From positions 5,092-69,091 of the forward strand of contig CAIUQE010000020.1 in the NCBI GenBank assembly GCA_903901225.1: 64,000 nt of DNA. Direction: 5' to 3'. The position numbers were made by a program, and so were the translations under genes. Within the stretch, counting starts at the first letter, position 1. Every line of letters begins with the position of its first letter. This document shows, in pieces, positions 10,070 through 20,241 of this stretch. The notes beneath the pieces were generated by a model. That model searched no databases, had not been told where the DNA came from, and saw nothing but the letters and a program-made list of their open reading frames with translations. Source of the stretch: Candidatus Omnitrophota bacterium. Its GTDB lineage: Bacteria > Omnitrophota > Gorgyraeia > Zapsychrales > Fredricksoniimonadaceae.

Positions 10070-11043
10070 AAAACCCCTCCTCCATCGTCATCGAGATCAC
10101 CGGACAGTGCAACCTGCGCTGCCGCCACTGCACCGGCGCCAGCGCGCGCCGCGCCCGCGTCACATTCGCAACTGTCAAAATGATCATTGATGATGCCAGG
10201 CGCAACAAGGTCACGGCCATCAGGTTCACCGGCGGCGAGCCGCTCCTTCATCCCGAACTCCCGCAGATGCTGGCTTACGCCAAAGAACAAAAAATGTATG
10301 TCCTGCTCAATACCAACGCGACGCTGGCAACACCCGCCTGGCTCAACATCTTTGCGCTCCACGTCGATAATATCCTTGTCTCCCTGCAGGGCTGCGACAG
10401 CGCCTCCGACCGCGACCTGACGCGAACGTCCCTGCCGTTCTCAAAAAAGATCAAAAACATCCTTCTGCTGCGTGACACTGTTCCTGTCGTGCGGCTCGGT
10501 ACGGTCATCACGCGGCAGTTCCTTGACGACGTCCCGCGTTACGCGGCGCTGATCGCGAAGATCCGCCCGTATGCCTGGGAACTCTTCCGCCCGATGAGTA
10601 TCCAGGCGCGCCGCGCGATCCGCCTCAATGCCAGTGATTATCAGTCTCTGGCGACAAAACTTCTGGAGCTGTCACAAGAGGGGCTTAACGTGAAACTCGC
10701 CAACGCCCTGCCTTTTTGCGTCCTGCCGGACCTGAAAGCCGCCTCCAGCATCATGCTCGGCGCTCTATCCGACGACGGGCACACGCGGCTTGTCTGGGAC
10801 GCGCGCGGTTTCTACAAGCCAAGTTACTTTATCGACGAAGATCTTGGAAAGAACATCAAGGTTGCCTGGGCTCATACCTTCCTCAGGAAACTCAGGAAGC
10901 CATCGTTCCTGCCCGCGCGTTGCCGGGCCTGCTCCGTCCTGAAGCAATGTCAGGGCGGCAGCCGTGCTTTGGCCATGGCTGCCAACGGGTCTTATTTTAC
11001 CGCGGATCCTTTGTTCCAGCCCCGCGCTCAGCCCACCGCCTGA
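10066..11043 (+). CDS. radical SAM protein with SPASM-like C-terminus
   Basis: Start at the Met of MKNPSSIVIEITGQCNLRCRHC (internal to ORF 9523-11043, which is an artefactual extension); FTGGEPLL; C-terminal CRACSVLKQC cluster; ATGA overlap with the A24 homolog. Confidence 0.7.
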   Translation: MKNPSSIVIEITGQCNLRCRHCTGASARRARVTFATVKMIIDDARRNKVTAIRFTGGEPLLHPELPQMLAYAKEQKMYVLLNTNATLATPAWLNIFALHVDNILVSLQGCDSASDRDLTRTSLPFSKKIKNILLLRDTVPVVRLGTVITRQFLDDVPRYAALIAKIRPYAWELFRPMSIQARRAIRLNASDYQSLATKLLELSQEGLNVKLANALPFCVLPDLKAASSIMLGALSDDGHTRLVWDARGFYKPSYFIDEDLGKNIKVAWAHTFLRKLRKPSFLPARCRACSVLKQCQGGSRALAMAANGSYFTADPLFQPRAQPTA

Positions 11044-12406
11044 ACACCTCCGCCGCCCAGCCGCCTTCCTCCAGCTTTCCGAAAATATATTCGAACTGAA
11101 AATCAAGGATCTTGAATGCCGATGAACATCGGGTCTTTGACACGACATTATGCTGCAAGGCGTAATTGACCACCGGGCAATACCCCGTCCAGGGGATGAA
11201 CGGCGAGGCATACTGCGCGATATCCGCGCAGGACGCCTGCAAAAGATAAAGCAGCTTGTCGCTGGACATCATGTCCTGATACCGGTCTTGCAGGATATTG
11301 CCAAGCTTGAACATATCGCCCCCGACCATCCGCGCCTCGTCGCACGGGAAGCACCCCCCGTCGGGCATATAGGCCATCTGCGCGCGCCCGGCCCCGCAGG
11401 GATTCATCAGGTCGACGAACATCGGGTCCTTTTTGGCCAGCACCTTCGTAAGGATGACACGGGCCATCCGTTCATGCATCTCAACACCCTTGCGGTTCAA
11501 TTCCAGGATATGCTCCATCGCCACCCGGTAAAATCGCTGGAATGCCTCAGGGCTGTAACCAAGGGCCTCCCAGCCGCACTCCGCGCCACCCATATTATTC
11601 ACCGGACGCAGGGAGATCTGCGTCTGCCCCTGACGGACGTATTCGTCCACGATCTGCCGGGGATGCCGGAGTGAAGCCGCGGTTATCGTCGGCAGGAATG
11701 ATACCTGCCGGCCGAATTTTTTGCTGAATTCCCGCGCCTTGCCGGTCACGACCCGGTAAGTCCCCCGCCCGTTGGGAAGGACACGGTGGCGGTCATGGAT
11801 ATCCGCGGGGCCATCAAGCGAGGTGCAAACTTTAACGTCATTGTCAGCCAGGACGCGCATTTTAGCCTCATCCAGCAGCGTCAGGTTGCTCACAAGGGAG
11901 ACCGTGACGTTCTTGCCGGGGCGGCCCAGACGGCGCGCGCCCTCGATCAGGAATTTTGCCACCGGCCAGTTCACCAGCGGCTCACCGCCCTGCAATTCCA
12001 GCGTGACATGCGGATTGCGGACATCCTCGAGATAACGCAGGACCTGGCGCGCCACCTCCAATGACATATCCCGGCCTTCCGGGACCCTGGCCTGGCAATA
12101 GGAACATTGAAGATTACATCGGGTCGTGACAACAGCGATATGCAGGGATGTGTCGGCAAAGAGGTTGGTATTGACGGAGCGGAAATCGCGGATCAATTGC
12201 CGGACATTATCCGCGTCGGCCACGAGGCCTCTGGATCGGAGCCTCGCGAACAAAGGCGTGGCGCGGGCCAGGCCCAGCGCGTTCAACTGCCGGAATTCAT
12301 CCGGTGCCAGAAAGTCCCAGCCGCACAACCTGTTACTGACAAGATAACGGCCATTGATCCGGCGTGAATTGAAGGGAGGGATGAAAAAATTGTCGGTCTT
12401 TTTCAT
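10997..12406 (-). CDS. radical SAM/SPASM-domain protein (anSME/peptide-maturase-like architecture)
   Basis: True start at MKKTDNFFIP (12406). The upstream 123 codons of the track ORF are Arg/Ser-rich and look like frame noise. CNLQCSYC, LQGGEPLV, and a C-terminal NPCGAG..C..C SPASM-like Cys cluster. Confidence 0.7.
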   Translation of the reverse strand: MKKTDNFFIPPFNSRRINGRYLVSNRLCGWDFLAPDEFRQLNALGLARATPLFARLRSRGLVADADNVRQLIRDFRSVNTNLFADTSLHIAVVTTRCNLQCSYCQARVPEGRDMSLEVARQVLRYLEDVRNPHVTLELQGGEPLVNWPVAKFLIEGARRLGRPGKNVTVSLVSNLTLLDEAKMRVLADNDVKVCTSLDGPADIHDRHRVLPNGRGTYRVVTGKAREFSKKFGRQVSFLPTITAASLRHPRQIVDEYVRQGQTQISLRPVNNMGGAECGWEALGYSPEAFQRFYRVAMEHILELNRKGVEMHERMARVILTKVLAKKDPMFVDLMNPCGAGRAQMAYMPDGGCFPCDEARMVGGDMFKLGNILQDRYQDMMSSDKLLYLLQASCADIAQYASPFIPWTGYCPVVNYALQHNVVSKTRCSSAFKILDFQFEYIFGKLEEGGWAAEVFRRWAERGAGTKDPR

Positions 12407-12443
12407 CTCAATGCCGTCGGCAAGGCTTCCGGCTGATCCTTTG

Positions 12444-13715
12444 TTACTTGCCCAGAAGCGCGAACATCTTCTTTTTGTACGCCTCGACACCGGGCTGGTC
12501 GAAAGGATTGACGCCGAGGATATACCCCGATATCCCGACACCTTTCTCAAAAAAATAATACAGCTGGCCGATATGGAACGCGTCCGCCTGCGCCAGGCTG
12601 ATCGCCATGTTCGGGACCCCGCCCTCGTAATGCGCCTCGGCCGTGGCTTTATACGCCTGGGCATTGACCCATTCCAGCTCTTTGCCCGCCACACAATTGA
12701 ACTGGTCGGTATTTTCCGCCTGGGAAGGGACCACGACCTTGTCCGCGACCTTGTCGATGGTGATGAACGTCTCAAAGATATTGCGCATCCCGTCCTGCAT
12801 CATCTGGCCCATGGAATGCAGGTCGGTGGAAAGGATCGTCGACGCCGGGAATATCCCCCGCCCGCCCTTGCCTTCGCTTTCGCCGTAAAGCTGCTTCCAC
12901 CACTCGGCCACATACTGCACGTTCGGATAGAACGACGCCATCATCTCAATGACCTTCCCCTTGCGGTAAAGGACATTGCGGATGGCGGCATACCGGTAAC
13001 AGCTGTTGCGCGCGCTGTCGGGGTCGGCGTATTCTTTCTCGCCCGCGCGAAACCCGTCGACAAAAGCGCGGATATCAACACCAGCCAGCGCCAGCGGCAC
13101 CAGGCCGACAGGGGTCAGGATCGAGAACCTGCCGCCCACATCGTCGGGAATGACATAGGAACGGTATCCGGCCTTGTCCGCGATCTGGCGCAAGGCGCCC
13201 TTCCTGCCGTCCGTCACGCAAATGACGCGCTTTTTCAGTTCGGCGGCACTGTATTTCTTGCGCATGGCCTCGTCGATGAGGCGGAACGCGAGTGCCGGCT
13301 CCGTGGTCGTGCCGGACTTGGAGATCACGACGACCGTGACATCCTGGCGGGCGATCACATCCAGCACCCTGACGATATCCGCCGAGGACATGTTATGCCC
13401 GGCGTAATGGACCGGGACCGCGGAGGCACCGCCCAGGAATTCCAGCGTGGAGCGGATGCCCAGATAAGACCCGCCAATGCCGATGGAAATAATGGCTTGT
13501 GAATGCCCGGCCACTTCCTTCGCCAATCCGGAAAGCTCCTTGACCAAAAGGTCCGGGGTTTTTGAAGGCAGGTCGACCCAGCCAAGAAAATCATTGCCCG
13601 CGCCCGTCTTCTGGTGCAGGTCCGCGTGCGCCTTGGCCACGGCGGGCGCCAGCGCGTTCAATTCACTCTCGCTCACAAGACCCTTCAAATATCCCGTATC
13701 AAGCCTGATCCCCAT
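12444..13715 (-). CDS. pgi: glucose-6-phosphate isomerase
   Basis: Conserved ISIGIGGSYLG and surrounding PGI sequence; length typical of the short bacterial type. Confidence 0.9.
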   Translation of the reverse strand: MGIRLDTGYLKGLVSESELNALAPAVAKAHADLHQKTGAGNDFLGWVDLPSKTPDLLVKELSGLAKEVAGHSQAIISIGIGGSYLGIRSTLEFLGGASAVPVHYAGHNMSSADIVRVLDVIARQDVTVVVISKSGTTTEPALAFRLIDEAMRKKYSAAELKKRVICVTDGRKGALRQIADKAGYRSYVIPDDVGGRFSILTPVGLVPLALAGVDIRAFVDGFRAGEKEYADPDSARNSCYRYAAIRNVLYRKGKVIEMMASFYPNVQYVAEWWKQLYGESEGKGGRGIFPASTILSTDLHSMGQMMQDGMRNIFETFITIDKVADKVVVPSQAENTDQFNCVAGKELEWVNAQAYKATAEAHYEGGVPNMAISLAQADAFHIGQLYYFFEKGVGISGYILGVNPFDQPGVEAYKKKMFALLGK

Positions 13716-13729
13716 CGCTTTCCTGCTCC

Positions 13730-14407
13730 TTATTTCTTGTCATCGGCCGCATTGGCCGCGGGTTTATCCTGGACCTTGTCCGGGGCATCGCTCTTCACCT
13801 TTGGTTTTTCAGGCGCTTTGGCCGCCGCGGGCTTCGGCAGCGGAGGTTTCTCCTTCAGCAGGCCCGCCCCTGTGTCATAGGTCAAGGTGTTCACCAGGAC
13901 ACCATCCCGATAAGAAGACTCGGACTTGGGCTTGCCGCTGTCATCGTATTCGACCAGCGTCCCGTTAAGCACGGCATTCCTGTAAACCATCTGCTGTTTA
14001 ATAGCGCCGTTAGGATAGTACGTGGAAGCTGAACCGCTCAGGACACCGTTCTCGTAGGATTCTTCCTTTGACAACTTCCCGTCCTTGTCGTAATACTTCA
14101 CAACACCCTCGACGGCATTATTCTTGTAAAAACCCGCCATCCTGGTCACGCCGGACTCGTAATACGTCGCCGCCTCGCCTTCACGGCTTCCGTCGGCATA
14201 ATTCGTGACAGCCTTGAGCTTGCCATTCTCGTAATATTCCCTGACCGTGCCGTCAAGGTTCGTATTCCTGTAATTTTCTTCCCTGAGGATAGCGCCACCC
14301 TGATAATAAACACGGTAAGGCCCGTCCGTGACCGGGGATTTCTTCGCCGCCACCGCGGGGCCGCCGGCGACCAGCAAAACGCACAGCATAATGAACAATA
14401 TCCTCAT
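13730..14407 (-). CDS. secreted MORN-repeat protein
   Basis: Signal peptide followed by repeated YY..G.L...Y.NG MORN-like units; Pro/Lys/Ala-rich tail. Confidence 0.6.
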   Translation of the reverse strand: MRILFIMLCVLLVAGGPAVAAKKSPVTDGPYRVYYQGGAILREENYRNTNLDGTVREYYENGKLKAVTNYADGSREGEAATYYESGVTRMAGFYKNNAVEGVVKYYDKDGKLSKEESYENGVLSGSASTYYPNGAIKQQMVYRNAVLNGTLVEYDDSGKPKSESSYRDGVLVNTLTYDTGAGLLKEKPPLPKPAAAKAPEKPKVKSDAPDKVQDKPAANAADDKK

Positions 14408-14429
14408 GATCCCCTCCGAAGGTTAGGTG

Positions 14430-15515
14430 TCATTCCGATAAAGCAGCGTCGATCACCGCGCCGCCCAGCATACGGTCCCCGTCGTAAATAACAACGGACT
14501 GCCCCGGCGCCACGGCTTTTTGCGGCACGTCAAACCGCACGCGCATACGCCCGTCCTCCAAAAAACTGACCTGGGCGTTAATATCGTTGTGATTATACCT
14601 TATCCGGACGCTGGCTTCGATGGTTTCTTTGGAAAAATTCCCGGCCAGCAGGTTAAGGCCGGATGCCTCCAACCCGCGGCTCAGCAGCAGTTCTTCAGGC
14701 CCCACATGCACCCTGTTAAGCAGAGGATCGATACGATTGACGTAGACCGGATGGCCCAGGGCGATGCCCAGGCCCTCGCGCTGGCCGATGGTATAGCGCG
14801 CGATGCCCGCGTGACGCCCGACCACTTTTCCATGTTCATCGATAAAATCTCCGGCCCGGCCCGCCGACCCCGCGTACGCGGCAAGAAAATCCTGATACTT
14901 CCCGTCGGGAATGAAGCAGATATCCTGGCTATCCTTTTTTTCCGCCACCGGCAGGTTGAATTTTCGCGCGAGGCCCCTGACCTCGTCTTTCGTATAACCA
15001 CCCAGGGGAAAAAGCAACGACGGCAGGCTGGCACGGGGCGTGTCATACAAAAAATAGGACTGGTCCTTATGCCGGTCACAGGCCTTGTGAAGCGCGTATT
15101 CTCCCGTCTTCGCATCAAGGATATTGCGGACGTAATGGCCCGTCGCCAGATGGGTCCCGCCGAGCGCTTGCGCGTCCAAAAAAAGCCGCTCGAATTTCAG
15201 GTAACGGTTGCAGCGCGCGCAGGGATTGGGCGTCCGCCCCCGGCCGTATTCCCGGACAAAATCGTCGATGACGAGCGATACCAGCGCGTCACCATAATTG
15301 AGCACATGATGATCGATGCCAAGGCTGCGGCAAACCCATCGGGCATCCTCAATGGACTGCAAGCCGCAGCAACTGGGCCGGCGGGCGGAAGCGCTGGAAG
15401 GAGGGAGCTCAAAACACATAGTGACCCCCGCGACATCAAAGCCCTGCTCTTTGAGCAACGCGGCCGTCACGGAAGAATCAACCCCCCCCGACATGGCAAC
15501 CATCACTTTGGCCAT
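14430..15515 (-). CDS. mnmA: tRNA-specific 2-thiouridylase MnmA
   Basis: VAMSGGVDSSV PP-loop and typical MnmA length/sequence. Confidence 0.9.
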   Translation of the reverse strand: MAKVMVAMSGGVDSSVTAALLKEQGFDVAGVTMCFELPPSSASARRPSCCGLQSIEDARWVCRSLGIDHHVLNYGDALVSLVIDDFVREYGRGRTPNPCARCNRYLKFERLFLDAQALGGTHLATGHYVRNILDAKTGEYALHKACDRHKDQSYFLYDTPRASLPSLLFPLGGYTKDEVRGLARKFNLPVAEKKDSQDICFIPDGKYQDFLAAYAGSAGRAGDFIDEHGKVVGRHAGIARYTIGQREGLGIALGHPVYVNRIDPLLNRVHVGPEELLLSRGLEASGLNLLAGNFSKETIEASVRIRYNHNDINAQVSFLEDGRMRVRFDVPQKAVAPGQSVVIYDGDRMLGGAVIDAALSE

Positions 15516-17575
15516 ATCGCTCCCTCCTGGCCCGGGTTGCGGCCATCTCCCAGGACATCACCAATGGATCTTTCAACGGCGCCCACCAGCGTATCAAGTT
15601 CAGTGCTGCTCATGGACAAAGGCGGCATCAGGACGATCACATCGCCCAAAGGCCTCAGGATAACGCCATAATGGCGGGCGCGCGCGCAAACCCGCATGCC
15701 CACCCTGTCCTGCCACGCGAAGGGCTGTTGGGAGGGCCTGTCCGCCACAAGTTCTATCCCGACCATGAAACCGCGCTGGCGGATGTCCCCAACGCAGGGA
15801 TGGTCCTTGAGCCGGGCGAGGCGTCCTTTCAGGAACGCGATCTTCGGCCGTAGCGCCGCGACCACTTTTTCTTCCTTGAAAAGGCGGATATTGGCCAGGG
15901 CTGCCGCGCACGCCAGGGGATTGCCCGTGTACGTATGCCCGTGGAAAAATGTCTTCATGTCGCGATAAGGGAACAGGAATCCGTCGAAAACGCGCTGCGT
16001 CGTCAAGGTCGCGGCCAGCGGCAAATAACCGCCCGTGATCCCCTTGGCGACGCACAGAAAGTCAGGGTGGACATCCTCATGTTCGCAGGCGAACATCTTC
16101 CCCGTACGCCCAAACCCTGTCGCCACCTCATCAGCGATCAAAAACACGTCGTGCCGCCGGCACACCTGTTCAAAAAATTTGAGGACGCCCCTTGGCCACA
16201 TGATCATGCCGGCCGCCCCCTGCACCAGAGGTTCGAGCACCAGCGCCGCGATCCTGCCGCGCTCTTTTTTCACAAGGGCCTCGAACCGATCTACCGCCTC
16301 GAAGGCATAGCCCGGATAACTCTTGCCGTCGGGCGCGCGATAACAGTCCGGCATATCGATCCGGAGCGCCTTGAAGACCAGCTTGCGGTACACCTTATGG
16401 AAAAGGTCAATGCCGCCGACGCTGACACTGCCGAGCGTGTCGCCATGGTAGGAATTCCCCAAATGCGCGATGGCTGTTCTTTTTGCATCTCCCTTGTTCT
16501 GCCAATACTGATACGCCATCTTGATCGCGATCTCGACAGCCGTGGACCCGTTGTCCGAATAGAATACCTTCGCGAGGCCGCGGGGCGCGATCCCGACGAG
16601 TTCTTTGGCCAGGAGGATCGCGGGCGTGTTCGAAAGGCCCAGCAAGGTCGAATGGGCAAGCTTGCCGATCTGCGCCCGCAGGGCTTCATCAAGTTGACGC
16701 TTGCGATGCCCGTGCACGTTAACCCACAAACTCGACGCGCCATCGAGGTATTTTCGCCCGGCGGTGTCAATGAGATACGACCCTTCACCGCGGTCGATCA
16801 CCAGCGGCTCACCCGGCACGCCGGCGATCCAGTCCTGCATCTGGGTAAAAGGATGCCAGACATACTTCTTGTCCATGGCAACAAGCCCCCTCCCGTGCGG
16901 TGCGGGGACGGACAAAAGTTTTTTCAAGTTCATCTTGCCGCGGCAGGCGCGCGCGACGGCAACGGCACGGGTGTCTTTCAGGAACGGAACCTCTCCGAGC
17001 ACGGGGACCCCGGCAAGTTCTTTGACCGCCCGGGGATTCGTCCGCTCCGGGATCCCCCGGACGCGGCCGGTCGCGTCGCAAAAAATGATCCCCGCGACGG
17101 GAATGCCCTGCCGTTGGGCTTCCCGCACGGTCAATAATGTGTGGTTGATCGTCCCAAGGCCAAGGCGCGCGACAATGACCAGTTCCCCGCCAAGGTCCCG
17201 CGCAAGGTCTGCCATCAGATAGTTCCCTGTCACGGGCACGAGGAGCCCGCCGGCGCCTTCGACCAGCATCACACTGTGGCGCGCGGCAATGCGTTTGAAC
17301 GCGGCCATGAGCCGCGCGGACGTAACACGCACACCGGCCCGCTTTAACGCAAGATGGGGTGAAAGGGGTTCGCGGGCAAAACAAGGATTGATCTCCCGCA
17401 GGCCATCGGCAAGAGCCAGGTTCTTTTTGAGGAATTCCGCGTCGCCCACCCCCGACTGGACGGGCTTGAAAACACCCGTGTCATGCCCCGCCTTCGCCAA
17501 TAACGCGCCCAGCGCCAGGGTCGTGTAAGTTTTTCCGACACCCGTATCGGTCCCTGTAATAAAAAATGTCCTCAT
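15503..17575 (-). CDS. bioDA: fused dethiobiotin synthetase (BioD) / adenosylmethionine-8-amino-7-oxononanoate aminotransferase (BioA)
   Basis: N-terminal [12 protein letters not shown] (BioD P-loop); C-terminal class-III aminotransferase with [15 protein letters not shown]-lysine region. Confidence 0.85.
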   Translation of the reverse strand: MRTFFITGTDTGVGKTYTTLALGALLAKAGHDTGVFKPVQSGVGDAEFLKKNLALADGLREINPCFAREPLSPHLALKRAGVRVTSARLMAAFKRIAARHSVMLVEGAGGLLVPVTGNYLMADLARDLGGELVIVARLGLGTINHTLLTVREAQRQGIPVAGIIFCDATGRVRGIPERTNPRAVKELAGVPVLGEVPFLKDTRAVAVARACRGKMNLKKLLSVPAPHGRGLVAMDKKYVWHPFTQMQDWIAGVPGEPLVIDRGEGSYLIDTAGRKYLDGASSLWVNVHGHRKRQLDEALRAQIGKLAHSTLLGLSNTPAILLAKELVGIAPRGLAKVFYSDNGSTAVEIAIKMAYQYWQNKGDAKRTAIAHLGNSYHGDTLGSVSVGGIDLFHKVYRKLVFKALRIDMPDCYRAPDGKSYPGYAFEAVDRFEALVKKERGRIAALVLEPLVQGAAGMIMWPRGVLKFFEQVCRRHDVFLIADEVATGFGRTGKMFACEHEDVHPDFLCVAKGITGGYLPLAATLTTQRVFDGFLFPYRDMKTFFHGHTYTGNPLACAAALANIRLFKEEKVVAALRPKIAFLKGRLARLKDHPCVGDIRQRGFMVGIELVADRPSQQPFAWQDRVGMRVCARARHYGVILRPLGDVIVLMPPLSMSSTELDTLVGAVERSIGDVLGDGRNPGQEGAIWPK

Positions 17576-18351
17576 GCTTTTGCCTCGATCCAGATCACTT
17601 CAAATGTCACGCGCAACGCCTCATCAAAAGTAAAATGCGCGCGGTATTCTTCCGCGGACGCCTTCAACAAGGCCTTCCCCAGAAAGAACCGCGGCGTCAG
17701 GGCGTTCGCGCCGATCCCCTTGAGCCACGCGAGGATGGCGGCCATGTCCCTGAACCCCGCCGTGCGCTCCTCGGATGTCACAACAACATGCCGGAACCCC
17801 GCCGAACCAAGAGCGGCGCGCACCTCATCCGCCCGCGCCAGCCGCTTCATCGCCGGCAATGTCCGTCCCAAACGCGCGGCACCGCGCTGCAGGCTGGTAA
17901 AAAACTCGTTCAGTGTCGTGTACCCGAACAGCACGCCCGTCAAAGGCCTGCCGGGTTTCAGGACCCGTCGGGCTTGTTCAAACGCCAGGGGAAGGTCCTC
18001 CACCCACTGGTAGGCCGAAGACGACACCACACGGTCAAATTTTTCCCGCGCGAAAGGCAACGCGCACGCGTCGGCCTGGACCCACCAGGCTCCGCCGTTC
18101 AAGCTCTTGCCCTGGCGAGCCATCCCCCACGCCGCATCAAGCGCGACGACCCGCGCACCAGCCCGCGCCAATCCCGACGCCAGCGCGCCATCGCCCGCCC
18201 CGACATCCAGGACCCATGACCCGGGCGCGGCATCGATCCTTTTCAAAAGCTCGCCCGCAATCCCCCGCTGGACATCCGCGACCGCTCCATAACGCGCCGC
18301 GGCGTCCGAGAACTTCCGGCGGATGAGCTGTTGGCAGGATGGGGCGTTCAC
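17572..18351 (-). CDS. bioC: malonyl-ACP O-methyltransferase BioC
   Basis: SAM-MTase motif VLDVGAGDG; sits between bioH and bioDA in a bio operon. Confidence 0.75.
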   Translation of the reverse strand: MNAPSCQQLIRRKFSDAAARYGAVADVQRGIAGELLKRIDAAPGSWVLDVGAGDGALASGLARAGARVVALDAAWGMARQGKSLNGGAWWVQADACALPFAREKFDRVVSSSAYQWVEDLPLAFEQARRVLKPGRPLTGVLFGYTTLNEFFTSLQRGAARLGRTLPAMKRLARADEVRAALGSAGFRHVVVTSEERTAGFRDMAAILAWLKGIGANALTPRFFLGKALLKASAEEYRAHFTFDEALRVTFEVIWIEAKA

Positions 18352-19136
18352 GCGACAGCCCCTTCCAGCAAGGCGTTAAACTCATCGGCACGCGACAAGA
18401 ACGGGAAATGCCCGCACCCCGGCATGATGTTCACCCTGGCCGAAGGGACGATCTCACGCAGGGGCCCAATGACCTCCAAAGGGCAGATCGGGTCATTATC
18501 ACCAAGGACGAACTGCACGGGGACCGTGACGGTCTTCAGGGTCTCCCGCAGGTCCGCCGTCCCCAGGATCCGCAGGAACGCGTGCAATGTTTCCTTTGAT
18601 GGCACAACCTCCTGCTGGCGTGCCTGTTTGATCAAACCATACCAGGGACTGGCGCGTTCCTCAGGTGAAAAAAGCGAACGGAAGAACATCTCAAGGACCG
18701 ACGGGACATCGCCTTCAAGCTGCGCCATGAACTTCCTGATCCGCGGCGCGTCAAGGCCAGCCGGGAACTGAGGCGTATATGTGAACCGCGGCAAGGAACC
18801 CGCCAATGTCAGGGACCTGAAAATACGCGGATAGCTCTTCCACAGCTCCAGCGCCACAAGCCCGCCGAATGAATTCGCCACGGCAATGACCTGGCCATCG
18901 ACGGGCGCGGGACCCAGTGCCCGCGCGACACACGCCGCCATGTCGGGCAAAGTTTCCCCGTGCCAGGGTGCTCCGCCATGCCCCGGCAAATTAACGGCGA
19001 CCACCCGGCCTTTTGTCCTGAAATGAGCGGCCTGGGCGGCCCACAGTTGCGCGCATCCTCCAAACCCGTGAATAAATAAATAGACCGGATCAGCCCGCAT
19101 GCCGGAACGCCTCCAGGCAACGCGCGATATCTTCAT
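18348..19136 (-). CDS. bioH: pimeloyl-ACP methyl ester esterase (alpha/beta hydrolase, BioH-like)
   Basis: Alpha/beta hydrolase with HGFGG and nucleophile elbow ANSFGG; operon context. Confidence 0.65.
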   Translation of the reverse strand: MKISRVAWRRSGMRADPVYLFIHGFGGCAQLWAAQAAHFRTKGRVVAVNLPGHGGAPWHGETLPDMAACVARALGPAPVDGQVIAVANSFGGLVALELWKSYPRIFRSLTLAGSLPRFTYTPQFPAGLDAPRIRKFMAQLEGDVPSVLEMFFRSLFSPEERASPWYGLIKQARQQEVVPSKETLHAFLRILGTADLRETLKTVTVPVQFVLGDNDPICPLEVIGPLREIVPSARVNIMPGCGHFPFLSRADEFNALLEGAVA

Positions 19137-20241
19137 CGGTATGCGCCGCGCTTACCGTCACCCGCAGTCGCGCCGTCCCGGACGGGACCGTCGGCGGGCG
19201 GATCGCCGAAACAAAAATACCTTGCCGCAAAAGTTCTTTGGAAAAAGCCACGGCACGGGCCGCGTCCCTGACCAGCACGGGAATGATCGGGGTGCAGCTT
19301 TGCATCGTGTCAAATCCGGCTTTATTAAGTCCCTCCCTCAATCGGGACGCATTCTCCAGAAGCTTCACCCGGCGCCAGGGTTCATCCCGCATGATCGCCA
19401 GCGCCGCGCGGGTGGCCGCGGCAACCGAGGGCGGGACCGCGGTCGAAAAAACAACGCTGCGCGCGCTGTTGATCAACACCTCTTTCAATTCACGGCTGCC
19501 CGCGACATAGGCCCCACAGGAACCAAGCGCCTTGGAGAACGTCCCCATCTGCACATCAACCGCCTTCTGCAGCCCCTCGTGCGCCACAAACCCCTCTCCG
19601 GCGGGACCGAACACGCCAAAAGCATGCGCTTCATCCACCATGAGCCACGCGCCGTATTTCTTCGCGAGCGCGCCCAGATCTTTCAGCGGTGCCACATCGC
19701 CATCCATGCTGAACACCGTATCGGTCACGATCAGCTTGCGCCGCGCGGACATATCCCGCCGCAGCATATCTTCGAGCGCTGTGGCATCATTGTGCGGATA
19801 ACGCCGCAGGCCTGCCCGGCTGAGGATGATCCCGTCGACGATCGAGGCATGGTTGAGCCGGTCCGAATACACCGCGTCATCCCGGCCTACAAGCGCGGGG
19901 ATGACCCCCGTGTTCGCCGTGTAACCTGATGAAAAAACAAGCGCCGCGGCGGTCCGCTTGAGTTGCGCAACATCTCTCTCTAACGCCTCATGTTCATCAA
20001 AATTCCCGCACACCAGCCGTGACGCGCCGGCGCCAAATCCCCGACGGCCCATTGCCTCCGCGGCCGCCCGGGCCAGGCGGGGATCCCCCGCGAGCCCCAG
20101 ATAATCATTGGAACAAAAATTAAGGCACCGCTGCCCGTCCAGGTCGATCTCCCGGCCCTGAGCGGAACGGACAATCCTGAGCGAACGCCGCAATCCCCGC
20201 GCCTCCAGCGCCCGCAATTGTTCACGCAAGGCCGTATTCAC
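19090..20241 (-). CDS. bioF: 8-amino-7-oxononanoate synthase
   Basis: NFCSNDYLGL and SGYTAN motifs of alpha-oxoamine synthases; operon context. Confidence 0.85.
   Translation of the reverse strand: MNTALREQLRALEARGLRRSLRIVRSAQGREIDLDGQRCLNFCSNDYLGLAGDPRLARAAAEAMGRRGFGAGASRLVCGNFDEHEALERDVAQLKRTAAALVFSSGYTANTGVIPALVGRDDAVYSDRLNHASIVDGIILSRAGLRRYPHNDATALEDMLRRDMSARRKLIVTDTVFSMDGDVAPLKDLGALAKKYGAWLMVDEAHAFGVFGPAGEGFVAHEGLQKAVDVQMGTFSKALGSCGAYVAGSRELKEVLINSARSVVFSTAVPPSVAAATRAALAIMRDEPWRRVKLLENASRLREGLNKAGFDTMQSCTPIIPVLVRDAARAVAFSKELLRQGIFVSAIRPPTVPSGTARLRVTVSAAHTDEDIARCLEAFRHAG

Noticed and set aside
12407-12775. N-terminal 123 codons of track ORF 10997-12775
   Set aside because: Arg/Ser/Thr-rich low-complexity translation overlapping the 3' end of pgi on the opposite strand. 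A typical rSAM N-terminus starts at MKKTDNFF (12406).
12354-13502. 382-aa plus-strand ORF antisense to pgi
   Set aside because: Entirely inside the high-confidence pgi gene on the other strand. Composition (Arg/Gly/Asp-rich) is typical of antisense frames in high-GC DNA.
15935-17137. 400-aa plus-strand ORF antisense to bioDA (and similar long antisense ORFs at 19099-19929, 29530-30834, 42748-44217, 53703-55253, 61157-62563, 5556-6320)
   Set aside because: All lie within strongly supported genes on the opposite strand. No motifs; Arg/Pro/His-rich. These are an expected artefact of high GC.
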